Assembly (NCBI GenBank): GCA_964016885.1
Contig: OZ024747.1
Coordinates: 74,028,001-74,092,000 of the forward strand
Source: Eledone cirrhosa
Taxonomy: Eukaryota
DNA: 64,000 nucleotides
Reading direction: 5' to 3'
A program made the position numbers and the translations under genes. Positions 43,143 through 58,190 of this stretch are shown here, one piece after another. Every line of letters starts with the position of its first letter. Position 1 is the first letter of the stretch. The notes below the pieces were generated by a model. The model was not told the DNA's origin. It did not search any database and saw only the letters and a list, made by a program, of their open reading frames with translations.

Positions 43143-46139
43143 TCACAAAACCACCATCAAACTTCACCATAATCATACGAAGGACAGAACACATTATATT
43201 CTATATTTCTATATACTAAATGTCTAAAATAAAAAGATAGGATGGCCTTAGTTCCAATGAATTTCATCAGAAATAGATGTAACTGGGGCTATCCATGCGG
43301 AAAGAAACAACATCTGTACTGTTATCGCTATGACTCGTCAACATCTTTTTACCTCAGTTATCTAATAAAAAGATATAAAGAAACACAATAAATCACATCA
43401 GCCTGCCTGGATATCGATTATTGAGTCGATAGCACATTTTGTGACGTGAAAATTGTTAAACTTTTAAACCACCTAATTACATTAATCTATATAATTCCTT
43501 TCCTAACAGCTATTCCTACGATGCTTTTTATTATTTCGTTTGGTTTGTTTTTAATCATATATATTGTTATTTATTCCAAGCTTGAAATCCACAATTCTTC
43601 TCCTGTGGATAATTACATCTGATTTACAACAAATTAAGCTTGACATTTCAGGCAATATATATATATATATATTTTTTAAATTAACTCGTTTTCGAAATAT
43701 TAAATATCCACCATTTATTTTCTTTATATAACGGAATACCACATAATGGCTAATAATGCAAGCCAAAATATTTCAGGCAACTCTGTTTTAATGAAGCAAA
43801 TTTAAATAGTGAATCTTATCAATTATGTATAAATAAATCAAAATATTTGTGCTGTTAAAGTGAATACTTGAAATAAATCATGCAAAATCTCCTGGATACA
43901 TGATATACATTAAATGAAAAGTAGTAATTTAAGAAATGTTTACACACACACACAGGTACACACCCTTACACATAAATACACACACACAAACACAAATAAA
44001 GTGAATGGCTATTACTTATGTAGATTACAAAAATACGTAAACCTCACATTCGAAGACTTTAGCTTAAGAATTAATGTCAGTACTAATATAAACTGAAATA
44101 GCTTCTAATAGAGAGAATCTGTCGAGAACGTTGCATCAGCCCCCAGGAGAAACACTCATCCTTCGATTTTAAAAACATACCAACCAGTTGATATCCTGTA
44201 TATCCAAAGTCAATGTTTAACCACGGGTCGGAGTGCTATAACGAAGCATTACACATGAGTTGATTTACATTTCGTACTACAAAGCATAAGACAACTAGAA
44301 ACAAAAACTGAAAACGTAAGATAATTTGATACAATACACTATAGAGCATAGACACCAGTTGCAATAAAGCTGTGGTTGTCCTACTATTAATACGCAAACT
44401 CGTCCCCACACTAAATGTCAAATAAAATCAGTTGTAATAATATGCAAACTTGACTGTCACATTGCAACTGCATTGCCTGTAAAAACTGTTCGGGTATTTG
44501 GAAGCAACAACTGTGATACCTGTTAATGCCTGAGCTGGTCTAGGTCTTTTGGAACAATTCAAGACAATGTAATGTGAATGGGCCTTGTCTGTAAATCTAA
44601 TTAATGAAAGCAGTGGATATATTTCTATCTTATTACACCTCTTTATCAAAGCATGTTCAGTTTGTAAGTTCACTTGATTAAATTTATGAGAGCTAGATAT
44701 ATGAAAGTTGAAATATATTATTTTAAAGAAAATAAGCTAAAGTCTAAACAGTGTTCAATGTAGAATGAATGAACTTAATAGTTGTCATAGCTGCAGACTA
44801 AGACCAATGATTTGTTGAAATCAGCCATTGAAGTATACCACAGAACATGGTAAAACAGAAACGTTCTGGACAGGAATCTACAACTTTACTCCCCAGGAAA
44901 ATAGTACTGTGATTCTCTGTAATGGTAAAAGGAAAGAAAATATTAAATCATGAGTAACGGCAATATTTCTGAAGACCAAGTTTTTAATGCGCCTTAAAAC
45001 ATTGATTCTCGGGAATAAAGCCAATTTAGTCGCTAATCTCCGATTCAAACAATTCAATATTGAAGAAATGTTACCGTTTGTGAGAATTAGGCCACCGGGA
45101 TCATCAAAGACGATTTCTATAATGTTGTCATGAAATGTTGTCTGAAAGATGACAAAGCGATAGGAGGACTACTCACCGTCACATTCAAATAGTAAGACTG
45201 TCCGCTGTATGCCTTAGGACTAAACTGAAGGAATGTATGAAAAAGGTGATAAAACTGATGAATACGATAAATACCATCCGCAGGCTGAGATTTTCTTTTA
45301 TGAAGATATGAAGATATGAATGAAACCTATGTGAAACTTCGTTTTTATATGTGTGTGTAATGATTTGCTAAATGTAACTGTTTGCGAACTTGTTCATTTG
45401 TTCACTTTTGAACTTTGTTGAGGATATAGCGACGTTTCGAATCTTTAAATATGATAAATCTGAGGCATTGGTTTCTTATTTTTCGACCTATTTGGCATAT
45501 TGTCTGCACTCTCCGAGGAGTTTCTCTGTAAGACGAGTGTTTGCTGAATAAGCTGACTTGCAAAACACAACTTGTCACTTCCATATATTTAAAAAAAAAT
45601 AGATAATCAACAAGTAGATTTATACTCCCCAACAACATATTCACTTTAATGTGCTTCCAGAGCCTTGATGACCTTGTGGACTAAAACAATGGATTTTCCG
45701 TCATATTTTAATGCACTAATTTGGAGCAGATATAAATTGTTTTACTCCTGAACGTGCTCCATTAGCGTCGCAGCACGAGACTCACTTTTCTAAGAACTGC
45801 ATAAATTTCATGAAAATAACTTAAATTCTGGTTTTTAGAATAAAATATTTCTTTATTACATTTTATCTTTAAATTTTTGATTAAATATTAAAAATTAATT
45901 ACGTTTTGTTTTCAAATCCGATAATTAATATTTTGAAAAATAAAGCCAAAATATATACGTTTCTCGCAGGTTGTGAGAAATTAGTGTAAACTGATATCCA
46001 TAGAATAGGAAATAATGTGGAACCTCCTTCTCCTCCTCCTCTTTCTCCTTCTCCTCCTCCTCCTCCTTCTTCTTCTGCTCCTTCTTCTCTTTCTTCATCT
46101 TCTTATTCTCCTCCTCCCCTCCTTTTTCTTCTTGAAATT

Positions 46140-46260
46140 AATTGTTTCTACTTTTGGCACAAGGCCAGCAAATACACAGTTCATTACTGGTACTTTATTT
46201 TATCGACCCCGTTAGGATGAAAGGCAAAGTTAACCTCGGCGGGATTTGAACACAGAATGG
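46140..46260 (-). mobile_element. SINE family A, partial
   Basis: Reverse complement of GTTCAAATCCCGCCGAGGTTAACTTTGCC...GGGGTCGATAAAATAAAGTACCAG...GTAGAAACAATT. Confidence 0.8.
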
Positions 46261-46961
46261 CAAGGGATACTGATGAAGATTTTGAAGATTATTATTACGA
46301 CCATGATGATGATGACATAGATATTGTTGACATCCACGATGAGGAACAAGTTAAAGTGTATGTGTGTGTGTGGGAGGGGGGGGATACTCATAATAAAATC
46401 CTGTTCATAAAATCACCTTTTCACAAAAGATGTTAGTTAAGTTCCATAATCTAAGTTAGATCTGATCTGACAGAGTTATCAACGAATACATAAGAGTTGT
46501 GCCTATCATGAGTTTATCTCAGTTAAAATACACCAAGGACAAACTATTCATATAATGTCCAACTATATATAAACATTTACAACCGTGTGGTCGGGGATTT
46601 ATATAGAGTAGGTCGGGTTATCACATAGCTGCACCGTCTTTGGCTCCAATACAAAACTGTACAACAACAGTTACAAAGAGATGTTTCCTAGTTTTCGTAT
46701 AGTGTGGCAGGGTTGATGTTACACCACAAGGGGAAGATAATTACGTTGCCACTATATTGGGAATATTAGCAATACATTCTATAATTAAAACTTGTTCAGG
46801 ATTAATATAATGTGGTCTATCATAGTTCACTTAGGAGTAGGTCGAGTTATCACGTGTTTACATATATTACATATATTCGCTTTACACATGCAATTATATG
46901 ATACACATATATATATATATATATGTGTGTGTGTGTATGTGTGTGTGTATTAATATGTATA

Positions 46962-47039
<78 letters not shown>

Positions 47040-47405
47040 TATATGTTTGTAGAGAGATAGGCAGAGAAAGGGGGAGTGGAGAAGGAAGAGTGGGGGGAAG
47101 AAGAGAATCATACATAAATAGTAAGATTGATAGGTTCAAACACGTCTATTTTTAGATATATACACCTGAAAGAGAAACTTACGCATGCATATACATACAT
47201 GTCTTCATAAATATTTATAGATGTATTTTTTGTAAGCATGTAAGTGTATAAAATATTTTTCACATATTATATATGCATGAGTATTACACATATATAAATA
47301 TCATAAGTTCATACGCATGTACCGTGCATATATATATATACAGACGCACACACATGTACATTCGCACATGCACATACGCACATGCACATACACACACACA
47401 CACAC

Positions 47406-47442
<37 letters not shown>

Positions 47443-47444
<2 letters not shown>

Positions 47445-47677
47445 AGGGAGAGAATTGGGCGTGTGTAACACTCCACTTATCAAGTAGGCAGTATATGGTT
47501 AGCTCAATGCCAGAGGACAGAGCCGTAATACAATTAACAACAAAGAGCGCTTAGAACATAGGTATATCTTTAATTGCTAACAGTATTTCGTCCACACTAG
47601 AAGTGGGACTCTTCAGAGCATACTCTTTATACTCTTAGTGTGGATGAAACACTGTTAGCAATTAAAGATATACCTAT
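47443..47677 (-). mobile_element. Fold-back hammerhead mini-element (ribozyme 47575-47620)
   Basis: Minus strand reads TGCT-CTGAAGA-GTCC..GGAC-GAAA-TACTG-TT-AGCA. Inverted arms are 47558-47599 / 47636-47677, tail is 47443-47557, flanks are (TA)n. Confidence 0.8.
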
Positions 47678-47678
47678 A

Positions 47679-47766
<88 letters not shown>

Positions 47767-47789
47767 TATATATATATACATATATATAA

Positions 47790-47863
<74 letters not shown>

Positions 47864-47866
<3 letters not shown>

Positions 47867-48056
47867 TTTTAATATAGATGAGATTCTACAGGACTAGAAC
47901 TGTTTCATTCTTTAGAAATCATCAGATTCCTGATGATTTCTAAAGAATGAAACAGTTCTAGTCCTGTAGAATCTCATCTATATTAAAACTTTTATACTCT
48001 GCAATGTATTGAGTACCTTACTTACTGTGGTTACCTCCGATTCAACCCGGAATAAC

Positions 48057-48060
<4 letters not shown>
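47864..48060 (+). mobile_element. Fold-back hammerhead mini-element
   Basis: Perfect 62-bp arms (47864-47925 / 47930-47991). The right arm begins exactly at CTGATGA-tTTCtaaaGAAt-GAAA-CAGT-TC. Tail runs to 48060. Confidence 0.85.
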
Positions 48061-48138
<78 letters not shown>

Positions 48139-49188
48139 TACGTATATATTTAGATATAGATACATATACATGTGTGGCTGTATCGACTGTATGTTTATGC
48201 GTTTCTATATAAATACATACTGATACATATATAGATGTGTATGCGTGTATTTATGGGTGCGCCAGTGTTTGAACATACATAAATATGTATGTACATGTAC
48301 TTATATATATGTGTGTACGGCTAAATTTTGTGCATACGTGCATGTATGCGTCTATGACTGTGAGTCTGAGTCCCTGGGGTGGGGATTTTAAAATACAAAT
48401 CTAGAATAAATATTAGTTTTGGTTTTCAACTTGTTTTTCTAATCCCAGGGACGATAATGACATGAAGTGATGCAAAAAGAAAGGAATTACTTAAAGAACT
48501 GAATTACTTGACAAAGATTGCTTCTCTGGGAAAGAGTTCACATTCTCTTTTCAGGAGCGTTGCACATACGCATGCGCACATTCTCAACATACTTCCATTC
48601 CAATGTATGCGTATACATATGCATGTGTGCATGAATCTGTGTATGCATGTGAGTATGTATGTAAGCATATTTTACTATGTATGGAAGCACGCATCTTTGT
48701 TTATATATAAATACAGACGCACACACAGACACAGACACACACAGACACACACACAACACGCATACACACACACGCACAGACATACATATCTATATCTATC
48801 TATCTATCTATCTATATATATATATATATACACACATACGCGCGATATTGTTTCTCTCCGTCAGAATCTCATATTTTGTATTGCCTTTATAAGTTTTCAC
48901 TATATCTGTTCGTTAAAAATATGTTCTATAAGTTACATAACTGATTCAATTTCATACTCTACTTAACTTTCTCCGGTAGCCAGAATTAATTGTTCACTGG
49001 GGGTAGGAGTATCACCTGGTTCTTGCCTGAGAAAGTTCACTCTGTTGCACGCATTAGAACCATGTCTCTTGTTGTATTATATATCACTTCCTTCATCCAT
49101 CTGTGCTGAATACCCTGAGAAAAAAAGGTCTAAAGTTTCTACTCTTCGCTTGGGTAGAACTACTGCCATTCTCTTGCATTATTATATA

Positions 49189-49376
49189 CGTGGATTGGCA
49201 GTATCGGTAGAGGGTCGGACGCCATGCTTTGTAGCACAGTTATGTCCCTTTACGGACTGAGTTCAAATCCCGCCGAGGTTAATTTTTCCTTTCAACCTTA
49301 CGGGGTCGATAACATAAAGTACCAGTAATACACTGGGATAATTGCTGGCCTTGTGCCAAAAGTAGTAACAATTATA
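49189..49376 (+). mobile_element. SINE family A, near full length
   Basis: TGGATTGGCAGTATCGGTAGAG...GAGTTCAAATCCCGCCGAGG...GGGGTCGATAACATAAAGTACCAG...GTAGTAACAATTAT. Confidence 0.85.
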
Positions 49377-49773
49377 TTTAATTTCAGTCTGAATCAATTC
49401 TCTGTCAATTAGTTTCCAGTTTTGTTTCCTGTCTCCGTTTAGTTTGGATAATTGATATAAAAGTTTTTGTTAAAATATATAGAATCATATTTGTTCGCTT
49501 TATCTATTCTTAGTACTCCGCGGATGTTCCTTTGAGATGCGACCCATTTATAACTAATGAAGAACTATGGGTTGTTAAAGTACTATGGTATTTGACAGAC
49601 AGACGGCAACCCCAGAAATTCTATTTATTGAGCTTTCTTTTATCTTCGGTTCATTGTGTTCAATTAGAATACACATTATATCAGATTACGCAGAAACAAC
49701 ATTGGAAAACATCCTGAGAAATCTTGTCAAACATTCTTTTCTGCCAATGTATTCATGCACCTCTACGTGTGGG

Positions 49774-49907
<134 letters not shown>

Positions 49908-50084
49908 TCGACTATAATGATATAGTCGATAGTTCTATATTCTATATATAAATTTAACGATTTTACCTGGAATTACGGTACTTTTGTTCAAACGCTAATT
50001 AAAACTAGCCCAGCTTTTCTTGAAAATTATACGTAATACACCATACATACATTATATGTATCATAGTACCAGCAAATTTGTAAG

Positions 50085-50255
50085 GTGAGGTGATGATTAT
50101 ACCAACCAAGTGTTTGAGTGGTACTATATTTTACTAACTCCAGATTTATAAACGGTAAATCTCGGCGGGATTTTAACTGAGAATGTAAAAATCAGAATCA
50201 AATGCCGCAAATAATTGTATCCAACACTTTAACAATTCTGCCAACCAACCACCGG
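50085..50255 (-). mobile_element. SINE family A, eroded
   Basis: Plus strand CTCGGCGGGATTTTAACT...AATTCTGCCAA is the reverse complement of the family A head. Confidence 0.55.
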
Positions 50256-50284
50256 CCCATTCCGCCATTAAGGAAAGGGTTAAG

Positions 50285-50602
50285 AGTAAAATTCCCTTTC
50301 GTTTATGAATGACCATAGGATTTGCATCTAGAAAATTCCCTTTCGAGTCATAAGTCTTGGTAGGATGTTTGTGGAAGACCAGCCGTCACCTATGCCTACT
50401 AGTCTGCCATCTACATACCACTGATGCTGTCCAAGGTTGAGCACTCTTGTCGTCGCAACTCATCTCTACAACTGAGTAAACTGGAGCAACAGGAATAAAA
50501 GTGTCTTGCTCAAGAACACCACACACAGCGTGGACTGGAAATAGAATTCACAACCTCGTGATTGTCGGTCCGGCGCTCTAACCACTAAGCCATGCACCTT
50601 CA
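50285..50602 (-). mobile_element. tRNA-derived CORE-type SINE
   Basis: Minus head TGAAGGTGCATGGCTTAGTGGTTAGAGCG, with CORE-like GTGTTCTTGAGCAAGACACTTTT. Confidence 0.75.
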
Positions 50603-51020
50603 CCATTAAGTAATTATCATAAAGAAGAATGTTTCACCTTTCTCATAACTCAGAGCAAGTTATAAGTAATATCTGGAATCTCACTCCTTCCCGTTTTTTT
50701 CCTCATCAGAGAGATTGTGCGGCGTATAGTCATGTGATTTTCTATTTCTGCCTGTATATATATGTCTGTGTTGCGTGCATGCGTCTGTTATTTTTTTAAT
50801 CATATATTAACACGAAAACATAAAAATATATTTTTACATATTTGTATTTTGGCAAATGTTATTATCCTTAATGAGATAAATTACACTATTAAAAAGACCA
50901 TCTGCAGATGAGTTCTAACTACAACGGACTTACACTGGTATGCATTATGAAATATCACTAATTTCTAGTTGCCGAAGGCTATGTATAAGATGAACTTTTA
51001 ATATAGTCGTATTACCTTAT

Positions 51021-51058
<38 letters not shown>

Positions 51059-51421
51059 CGCTGGACGTGTCTGTACCTTTCGCTCATGAAATCGACCCAG
51101 CTTATGCTGACCAGAACTACCATGTTGCTTGTTTATTTCCTTTCTTTGGTTTGCTTTTATCCTTCTATGTTGTTCACTTGTCCCCCTCGCTTTACGCGAT
51201 TTACTGGTCCCAATAACTTTTTTTAGTTATTGCTCGCACCAACCTGAAGTATCTGATTTTTAATGCGATGAAATACCAATGATGGTTGGAAAATCACTGA
51301 CGAAGGACTATTTTTATCATATGTAACCTATGTGCAACCACGCAGTATTCTTCTTTCTTCTCATGTGTTTATATATATATATATATCTGAGCGGGTATAT
51401 ATATATATAAGTATACATACA

Positions 51422-51455
<34 letters not shown>

Positions 51456-51643
51456 TAATTTAATATATCAACTAACATAGGCGCACAGATGTACGTCCAT
51501 GCCAGCAAATACACAGGTTATGTCATAGTACCTAGGTGGTTCAATGCAGGAGGGTGCAGAACAATAATATAAAAGACGTAAAATAAGAAAATATCTTTTA
51601 AAAAAATGTTAAAAAAATTTTTTACTTACTTACTTAAATTTTC

Positions 51644-51725
51644 ACTCCAACTAATTAGTTTCTGCAATGGGATAAAGACAGTTACATAATCCAACTGTCG
51701 AGAATTCATTGCGTCATCAGGGAGT
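51644..51725 (-). ncRNA. Type-I hammerhead ribozyme (inverted copy)
   Basis: Reverse complement of 52289-52370. Confidence 0.85.
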
Positions 51726-52288
51726 CTATTCTCAGCTGAGCCTCCAGGCAATGCGCGGACACTGGCGGCTCATATAAAAATAATAATTAGGTAGAAAGAA
51801 CAGCTAGGCGAGGACTGGATTCTATGTACTGAAATTCTCACTGCTTCCAGTCAAATTCTCACTGCTTCCAGTCTTATTTTACGTCTTTTATATTATTGTT
51901 CTGCACCCTCCTGCATTGAACCACCTAGGTACCATGACATAACCTGTGTATTTGCTGGCATGGACGTACATCTGTGCGCCTATGTTAGTTGATATATTAA
52001 ATTATCTATATTTATCTCCAAATCACTGATTTGTCGAGCAAACCTGCCAAAACCACTTCAAAATTTTTTTTGGGGTGTTAGTAGGCGTCAGTCATCTTAC
52101 CATCCCATTCCTTCTAACTGGCCTCTATGTCACGTGATTGATTCTTTAGAATCGGCCATTTGACTGGAAGCAGTGAGAATTTCAGTACATAGAATCCAGT
52201 CCTCGCCTAGCTGTTCTTTCCACCTAATTATTATTTTTATATGAGCCGCCAGTGTCCGCGCATTGCCTGGAGGCTCAGCTGAGAATAG

Positions 52289-52370
52289 ACTCCCTGATGA
52301 CGCAATGAATTCTCGACAGTTGGATTATGTAACTGTCTTTATCCCATTGCAGAAACTAATTAGTTGGAGT
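52289..52370 (+). ncRNA. Type-I hammerhead ribozyme
   Basis: ACTCC-CTGATGA-c-GCAATG..(GACAGTT/AACTGTC)..CATTGC-a-GAAA-CTAATTAG-TT-GGAGT. All three stems pair and stem III is palindromic. Confidence 0.88.
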
Positions 52371-52437
52371 GAAAATTTAAGTAAGTAAGTAAAAAATTTT
52401 TTTAAAATTTTTTTAAAAGATATTTTCTTATTTTACG

Positions 52438-52589
<152 letters not shown>

Positions 52590-53130
52590 TATTCTTCGCT
52601 TATTCCAGAATTGTGTGTTTTTTAGATTGATGGCGTCTTTATATTTTTGGGAGAGATTCTAGTTTTCTTTTAAATTTATCACAGAAATTAACAATAAAAG
52701 TAATTCTACTGTCATATTCAAACTTGTAACAGAACAGGTATAAATCTACTCAGGTGCAATCTACACTATTGCAATCACCAAATCATTTTGTAGAAATAAT
52801 ATGTTATACACAGCGATTAATTTATTAATAACATAAGCAAATAACTTTAGGTTTATAGTGAAGTGTAAATAGGATTTAACTTTAATGTGTTTCTTCTAAC
52901 CATAGTGGTTTTAAATGTGGTTATTTTTTCCAAATGAAATTATAAGATTTTATAGAGCTGGAAAATCGACCCCTGCAGGAATAGCTTGACAGGATTTGAA
53001 ATCAGAATGTAAATCGTTTTGTGACAGACTAAGGCTTCAACGAGTCCACAGCCCTTTAACCATTAGTAATTAATACAATCGTAATTCATTCATTCACTCT
53101 AACATTTTTTCATAACTCTCACGGCCATAG

Positions 53131-53161
<31 letters not shown>

Positions 53162-54053
53162 ATGCTGACCTTTAAATGTATTATATAGAAGAAATTAAAG
53201 GTTAACTTTAGAGTCGATAGTTTTGCAATAGTCTCTGAGTATGTACTCCTACTTGGTGTAAATTTCTCGTTAGAGACCACCATATTAACTTGTTTCCTCT
53301 TCCACAAGATATTTTTTTAATCGATAATTGAAGAATATATGTAGAATTTTCATGAGGTTAGTCAAAATACGAAATGAAGTTTTGTGAAACATAATAGATT
53401 TCCATCATCTCAAACAGTACAGCTATATTCGGAAGAGATAAAGAGAAGTACAGTGGTATTGAGAAGAGTTCAAAAGCAGAATGTTATCGTGAGGATATTG
53501 TGAATATTAAGCAAATATACGAGACGACGTTCAATAATTATTATGATAGATCTGTGCCAAGCAAGAATAAAACATAATAAAACACAGAAACATGTATTCT
53601 GCAGAGAATAAAGATATGTAGGAACGTCACAAATTTATTCAAATACTCATACTCCCTAACACACACAGATGCAATTATACACACCACACACATACACACA
53701 CGCACATACACACACAAACACAAACACACACACACACACAAACACACTTAAACATACACACACACACACATACACACACACACAAACACACCCTCAAACA
53801 CGCACACACACACACACAAACACGCACGCACACACTCATGTATATATATATATATATATTGCATTTTAACCAGTGAATTACTGGTGGTGATACCAAATTC
53901 ATGTATTCATGTAAACAAAACTTTTTCGTTTTCCTTATAACACGTACACACAAGCATATATATGTATATATGGTTGGCAAATCACTGACGAGGGACTAAT
54001 TTTATAATATGTAAGCCATGTGCAACCACGCAGTATTCCTCTTTCTTCTCATG

Positions 54054-54122
<69 letters not shown>

Positions 54123-54420
54123 CAGTATATAGAGAAGAAAACACGAAAAAGGGGTTATGGTGAAGGATATAAGGTCTACGAAAATTGGAAAAAATACATA
54201 ATAATTAGTATAGGTAATAATAGGTAATAGGTAATAGTATTAGGTAATAGTAAGTAAAATTAAAATGTAAAACACCCACGTTTATAACTATACACGCCTG
54301 GACATTCCCAGAAAATATTTCGCCAAAGTGCTGGTACCATACCTTCTCAGGGCATAACAACAGGTGTAAAGATATTTCAGACAGTTGAAGAAAGCACATG
54401 TTTAGAGAACTGAAACATGC

Positions 54421-54490
<70 letters not shown>

Positions 54491-54739
54491 GGGGAGTCCA
54501 GGTCTGGTTATCATTTATTTTTTATCATTTATTTTGTTTTGACTTGTTTAGCTTGGTTTGGTTTTTTGGCTTGGGTGGATAATGCCTTCTTGACCACCTT
54601 TTCAGTTTTGTATGGCTTCTTAACACATTGTTTAGCTCTGGGTTTTAACTATTGAGCACTTGTGTCATTTATGATTTTTGCGTTTCGTTTCGCCTTTTCT
54701 GCCCGCCGAAATGCGCTTATCGCTGAATCTTTATTTGTA

Positions 54740-56484
54740 TACGGGACGTCGCCTGGCGGACCGAGTCACGTAGCACCTCCGGGATATTCGTCTCGGGGGC
54801 AGTTCCCCCATCGCCCGCCACTTTGGTGGCCCTGGACACTCCGCACGCCATCTCACAGTCTGTGGCCTACTCCAGTGCCACGGAACACCCGCCCATTGCC
54901 TTACGGTCGAACAACGATCTATCTTCATCATACAGACCCACACTCCCCCCGGCCTGAACTCCCCACCCTTATTCCTTTAGCGTTCGACCGCCCCCCTCCC
55001 CCCACACTTATCCCCCACTAACACCACTAACACACCCCTCCTTTTCACCGCCCACCTCACACTAACAATACTAACACCTCCACTCCACCCCTCATCTGAC
55101 CACCCTTCCCCAACTAACATACTAACATTCCTTCCCTCCTCTCTTCTCCTCCTCCCCCCTCCTTATCACACGCACACACGCACCCACTTACACCACCCAC
55201 CCCACACGCAACTAACATCACTAACACCCCTCAACCCCACGCACACGTACCCACACACCCTCGTACACCACCAACTCTACACACCCTACCACCACTAACC
55301 TCCACTCACACCTGCATTCCACCCCTCCCCACCTCCCGTATACTAACACCCACTAACACCTCTTCACCAAACTACACACACACCAGTACACCACACTCCC
55401 TCCATAGAACCACACACACCCTTCTCTCCCCGCTCCACCCACACACCCGCTCCACACTCACTCATCCCACTAACACCCCTAATAATACACACACAAACAC
55501 ACACACACACCCTCCTCACTCCCACTCTCACACCTACCCATCCTCGCCTCCCTACCATTCCACCGACTGCTGCTATGCCCTTCCGACCACCTCCCAGCAC
55601 CAACTGACCACAGCACTCCCACTGCTGACCACTTCCTGTTGCTCGCGCACCCCACATCTCTCCTCTTCCGACCACCGCTTCATGGATTACCCACACGCAG
55701 AAATTGACTTATAACCAAATCTCCAAACATCCTTGGAACTTACCAACTTTTCAACCATCCTCTTACATCATCACCTATATAACTCACCCACACACACACC
55801 CCAAAACATTTTTTTTCTCCACAAGCCACCCACACCCACAACACGCTTAAACACCACACACACGTGCTTCCCACCACATATTTACACCCTCAGCCTCCTG
55901 ATTCCTCTCCCCCCACCCCCTATCCACACACGCACAGACACTCCGACCCACAAAAACACCCCCCACACACACCTCTTCCTGAACATGCAACCCCGTTCTT
56001 CCCCCAACCCTCACTTTCACATACACACACACACACACACACACGCACACCTACACACACCACCTTCAGCCCTCCCCGCTCGGACACCCCGTCTCCCTCT
56101 CCCCACTCCACCCGCCACCACCCCTACTCACCCCACACCCTTCCACCACCTGTTTACCCCCCTTTTAATTTCAGTTTATTTTGATCATGCCTTTATTTTT
56201 AAATTTTCTCATTCCTTGTATTTTGATCATGCTTTATTTTTATTTTTTATTTTTTATATATTTTGTCTTTATTTGTTAATTTTTCATTCGCACCGTTTCC
56301 TTTCGCTATGTGTCTCTCCACCACTCCCCTACACACCTTTTGAACTCTGTTCCCACACACTTCTCACCTGAGGAAGGGCTTATGCCCGAAACGTCGTCCC
56401 CCACCTACCCCCCACTCTCCTGAGCGTGAATTTAATAAACATTTATTGTACTGCCTCTCTGTTCTGTCCCTGTTCAAATTTTTC

Positions 56485-56487
<3 letters not shown>
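54740..56487 (+). mobile_element. PLE 3' remnant: GIY-YIG fragment, C/A-rich UTR, pLTR
   Basis: TGRRLADRVT*HLRDIRLGGSSPIARHF..GHS..EQRSIF, related to the 26.3-kb fragment. Hammerhead at 56366, then AATAAA and (TA)n. Confidence 0.8.
56366..56397 (+). ncRNA. Minimal type-I hammerhead ribozyme
   Basis: AC-CTGAGGA-a-GGGC ttat GCCC-GAAA-CG-TC-GT. Stem I is very short. Confidence 0.8.
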
Positions 56488-56561
<74 letters not shown>

Positions 56562-56564
<3 letters not shown>

Positions 56565-57249
56565 AGTTATATTTAATTTGTTGGGATACAACAAGCAAAT
56601 ATTTTTATAACTGATATAAAGCACTCAACAAATGTTTGGAGTAAAAATACGATATATTATCAAATGGAAACTATATTTATAAAACCATATTTATTTCATT
56701 ATACATATTTCAAGGACACTAAAGCAAATTATGGTGCGCTTTCATCAGATAAAATATAATATAGATCAGTTTATAAACAAATATTGACATAGCCTTAAAA
56801 GAATGCGACCATGTCTGTTGGAAGCTCCCGGATAGTGGGGTTATAATTTTATTATTGGTCTATTATGCAAATTAGTGTCGGAGAGGTTTAAATCCCATTC
56901 ATTTAAATTAAGCCGTTGGAATAGGGGAAAAAAAGGAGAAAGAAAGAACAAACCCAAAGAAGGAAAACAAAAGAAAATAAAAGGAAAAGGAATAGGAAAA
57001 AACAAAAGAAAGAGAATAGAGGGAAAACCCTGAGAGAGTGTTGTATTAAACGTAATTTTATGAGATGATGAAGCGAAAAGATAAATATATAGTGGATGAG
57101 TTAGCGTGGATAGTAAAATAAATAAATAAATAAATAGATAGTAGTAACCGGAGAAATTTATCTAATGTTTAAATTTGATTAAATTATTGAGATCTATAAA
57201 TAAAAAATAAAAAATTGAGATCTATATATTATTAAAAGAATATATATAT

Positions 57250-57314
<65 letters not shown>

Positions 57315-58138
57315 ATCAGAAATATTATTAAAATATGTTATTATTACATAACCTTACATAAATTTATTATTAATCATCAACCAACAATTAATTATTAATT
57401 TTTCAATTAACTTATAAGAAATAAGAAAATATATGTTTAAAATATAGGAATGTTCAGAGATTTTACTGAAGAAAAACTTTTCTTAGTAATAGCAATACAG
57501 CGTGAGGGAAAATTAATTGATTTATTTGTAATTTAGATAGTTCTAATGTTTAAATGTTATAACAGTTAAGATGATTAAAAAAAGTTAAGATTATAAGAGA
57601 ACTTTATATTATTTTATAGTAAGTTATAAAATTTATATATTTTATAAATCCACCTGTTATACAGTTGTGACTGTTAAAATATAAGTTTGTTTACTATAAC
57701 GTCTTAATGTTTAAAGTTTTTCTTAAGAATATATCTAAAGCATAAACCGTAAAAAAACCTTTTTCATGAGTTCATTTCATAGAATGTATTCAAATTATAC
57801 ATTTCGATATATATAGACCCACATATTCTTTGGGTTTGCTCTTTCTTTCTCCTTTTTTTTCCCTATTCCAACGGCTTAATTTAAATGTATGGAATTTAAA
57901 CCTCTCCGACACTAATTTGCATAATAGACCAATAATAAAATTATAACCCCACTATCCAGGAGCTTCCAACAGGCATGGTCGCATTCTTTTAAGGCTATGT
58001 CAATATTTGTTTATAAAACTGATCTATATTATATTTTATCTGATGAAAGCGCACCATAATTTGCTTTGGTGTCCTTGAAATATGTATAATGAAATAAATA
58101 TGGTTTTATAAATATAGTTTCCATTTGTTAATATATTG

Positions 58139-58140
<2 letters not shown>
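56562..58140 (-). mobile_element. Non-autonomous PLE-like element with ~310-bp inverted termini and tail (hammerheads 56692-56756 minus, 58032-58096 plus)
   Basis: About 56650-56961 is the reverse complement of about 57826-58140, with the tail at 56562-56649. Ribozyme reads TATTTTAT-CTGATGA-AAGCGCACC..GGTGTCCTT-GAAA-TATGTA-TA-ATGAAATA. Confidence 0.85.
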
Positions 58141-58169
<29 letters not shown>

Positions 58170-58190
58170 ATGTATATATATATATATATA

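Noticed and set aside
28640-45700. Host exons or DNA transposase remnants in unique-looking stretches (e.g. 28.7-29.3, 37.9-38.5, 44.4-45.3 kb)
   Set aside because: No recognisable protein motifs or convincing splice-bounded frames by eye. Small exons cannot be excluded without RNA-seq or BLASTx.
55000-56160. Pro/Thr/His-rich ORFs such as 55733-56371
   Set aside because: They are C/A-rich low-complexity UTR of the PLE remnant.
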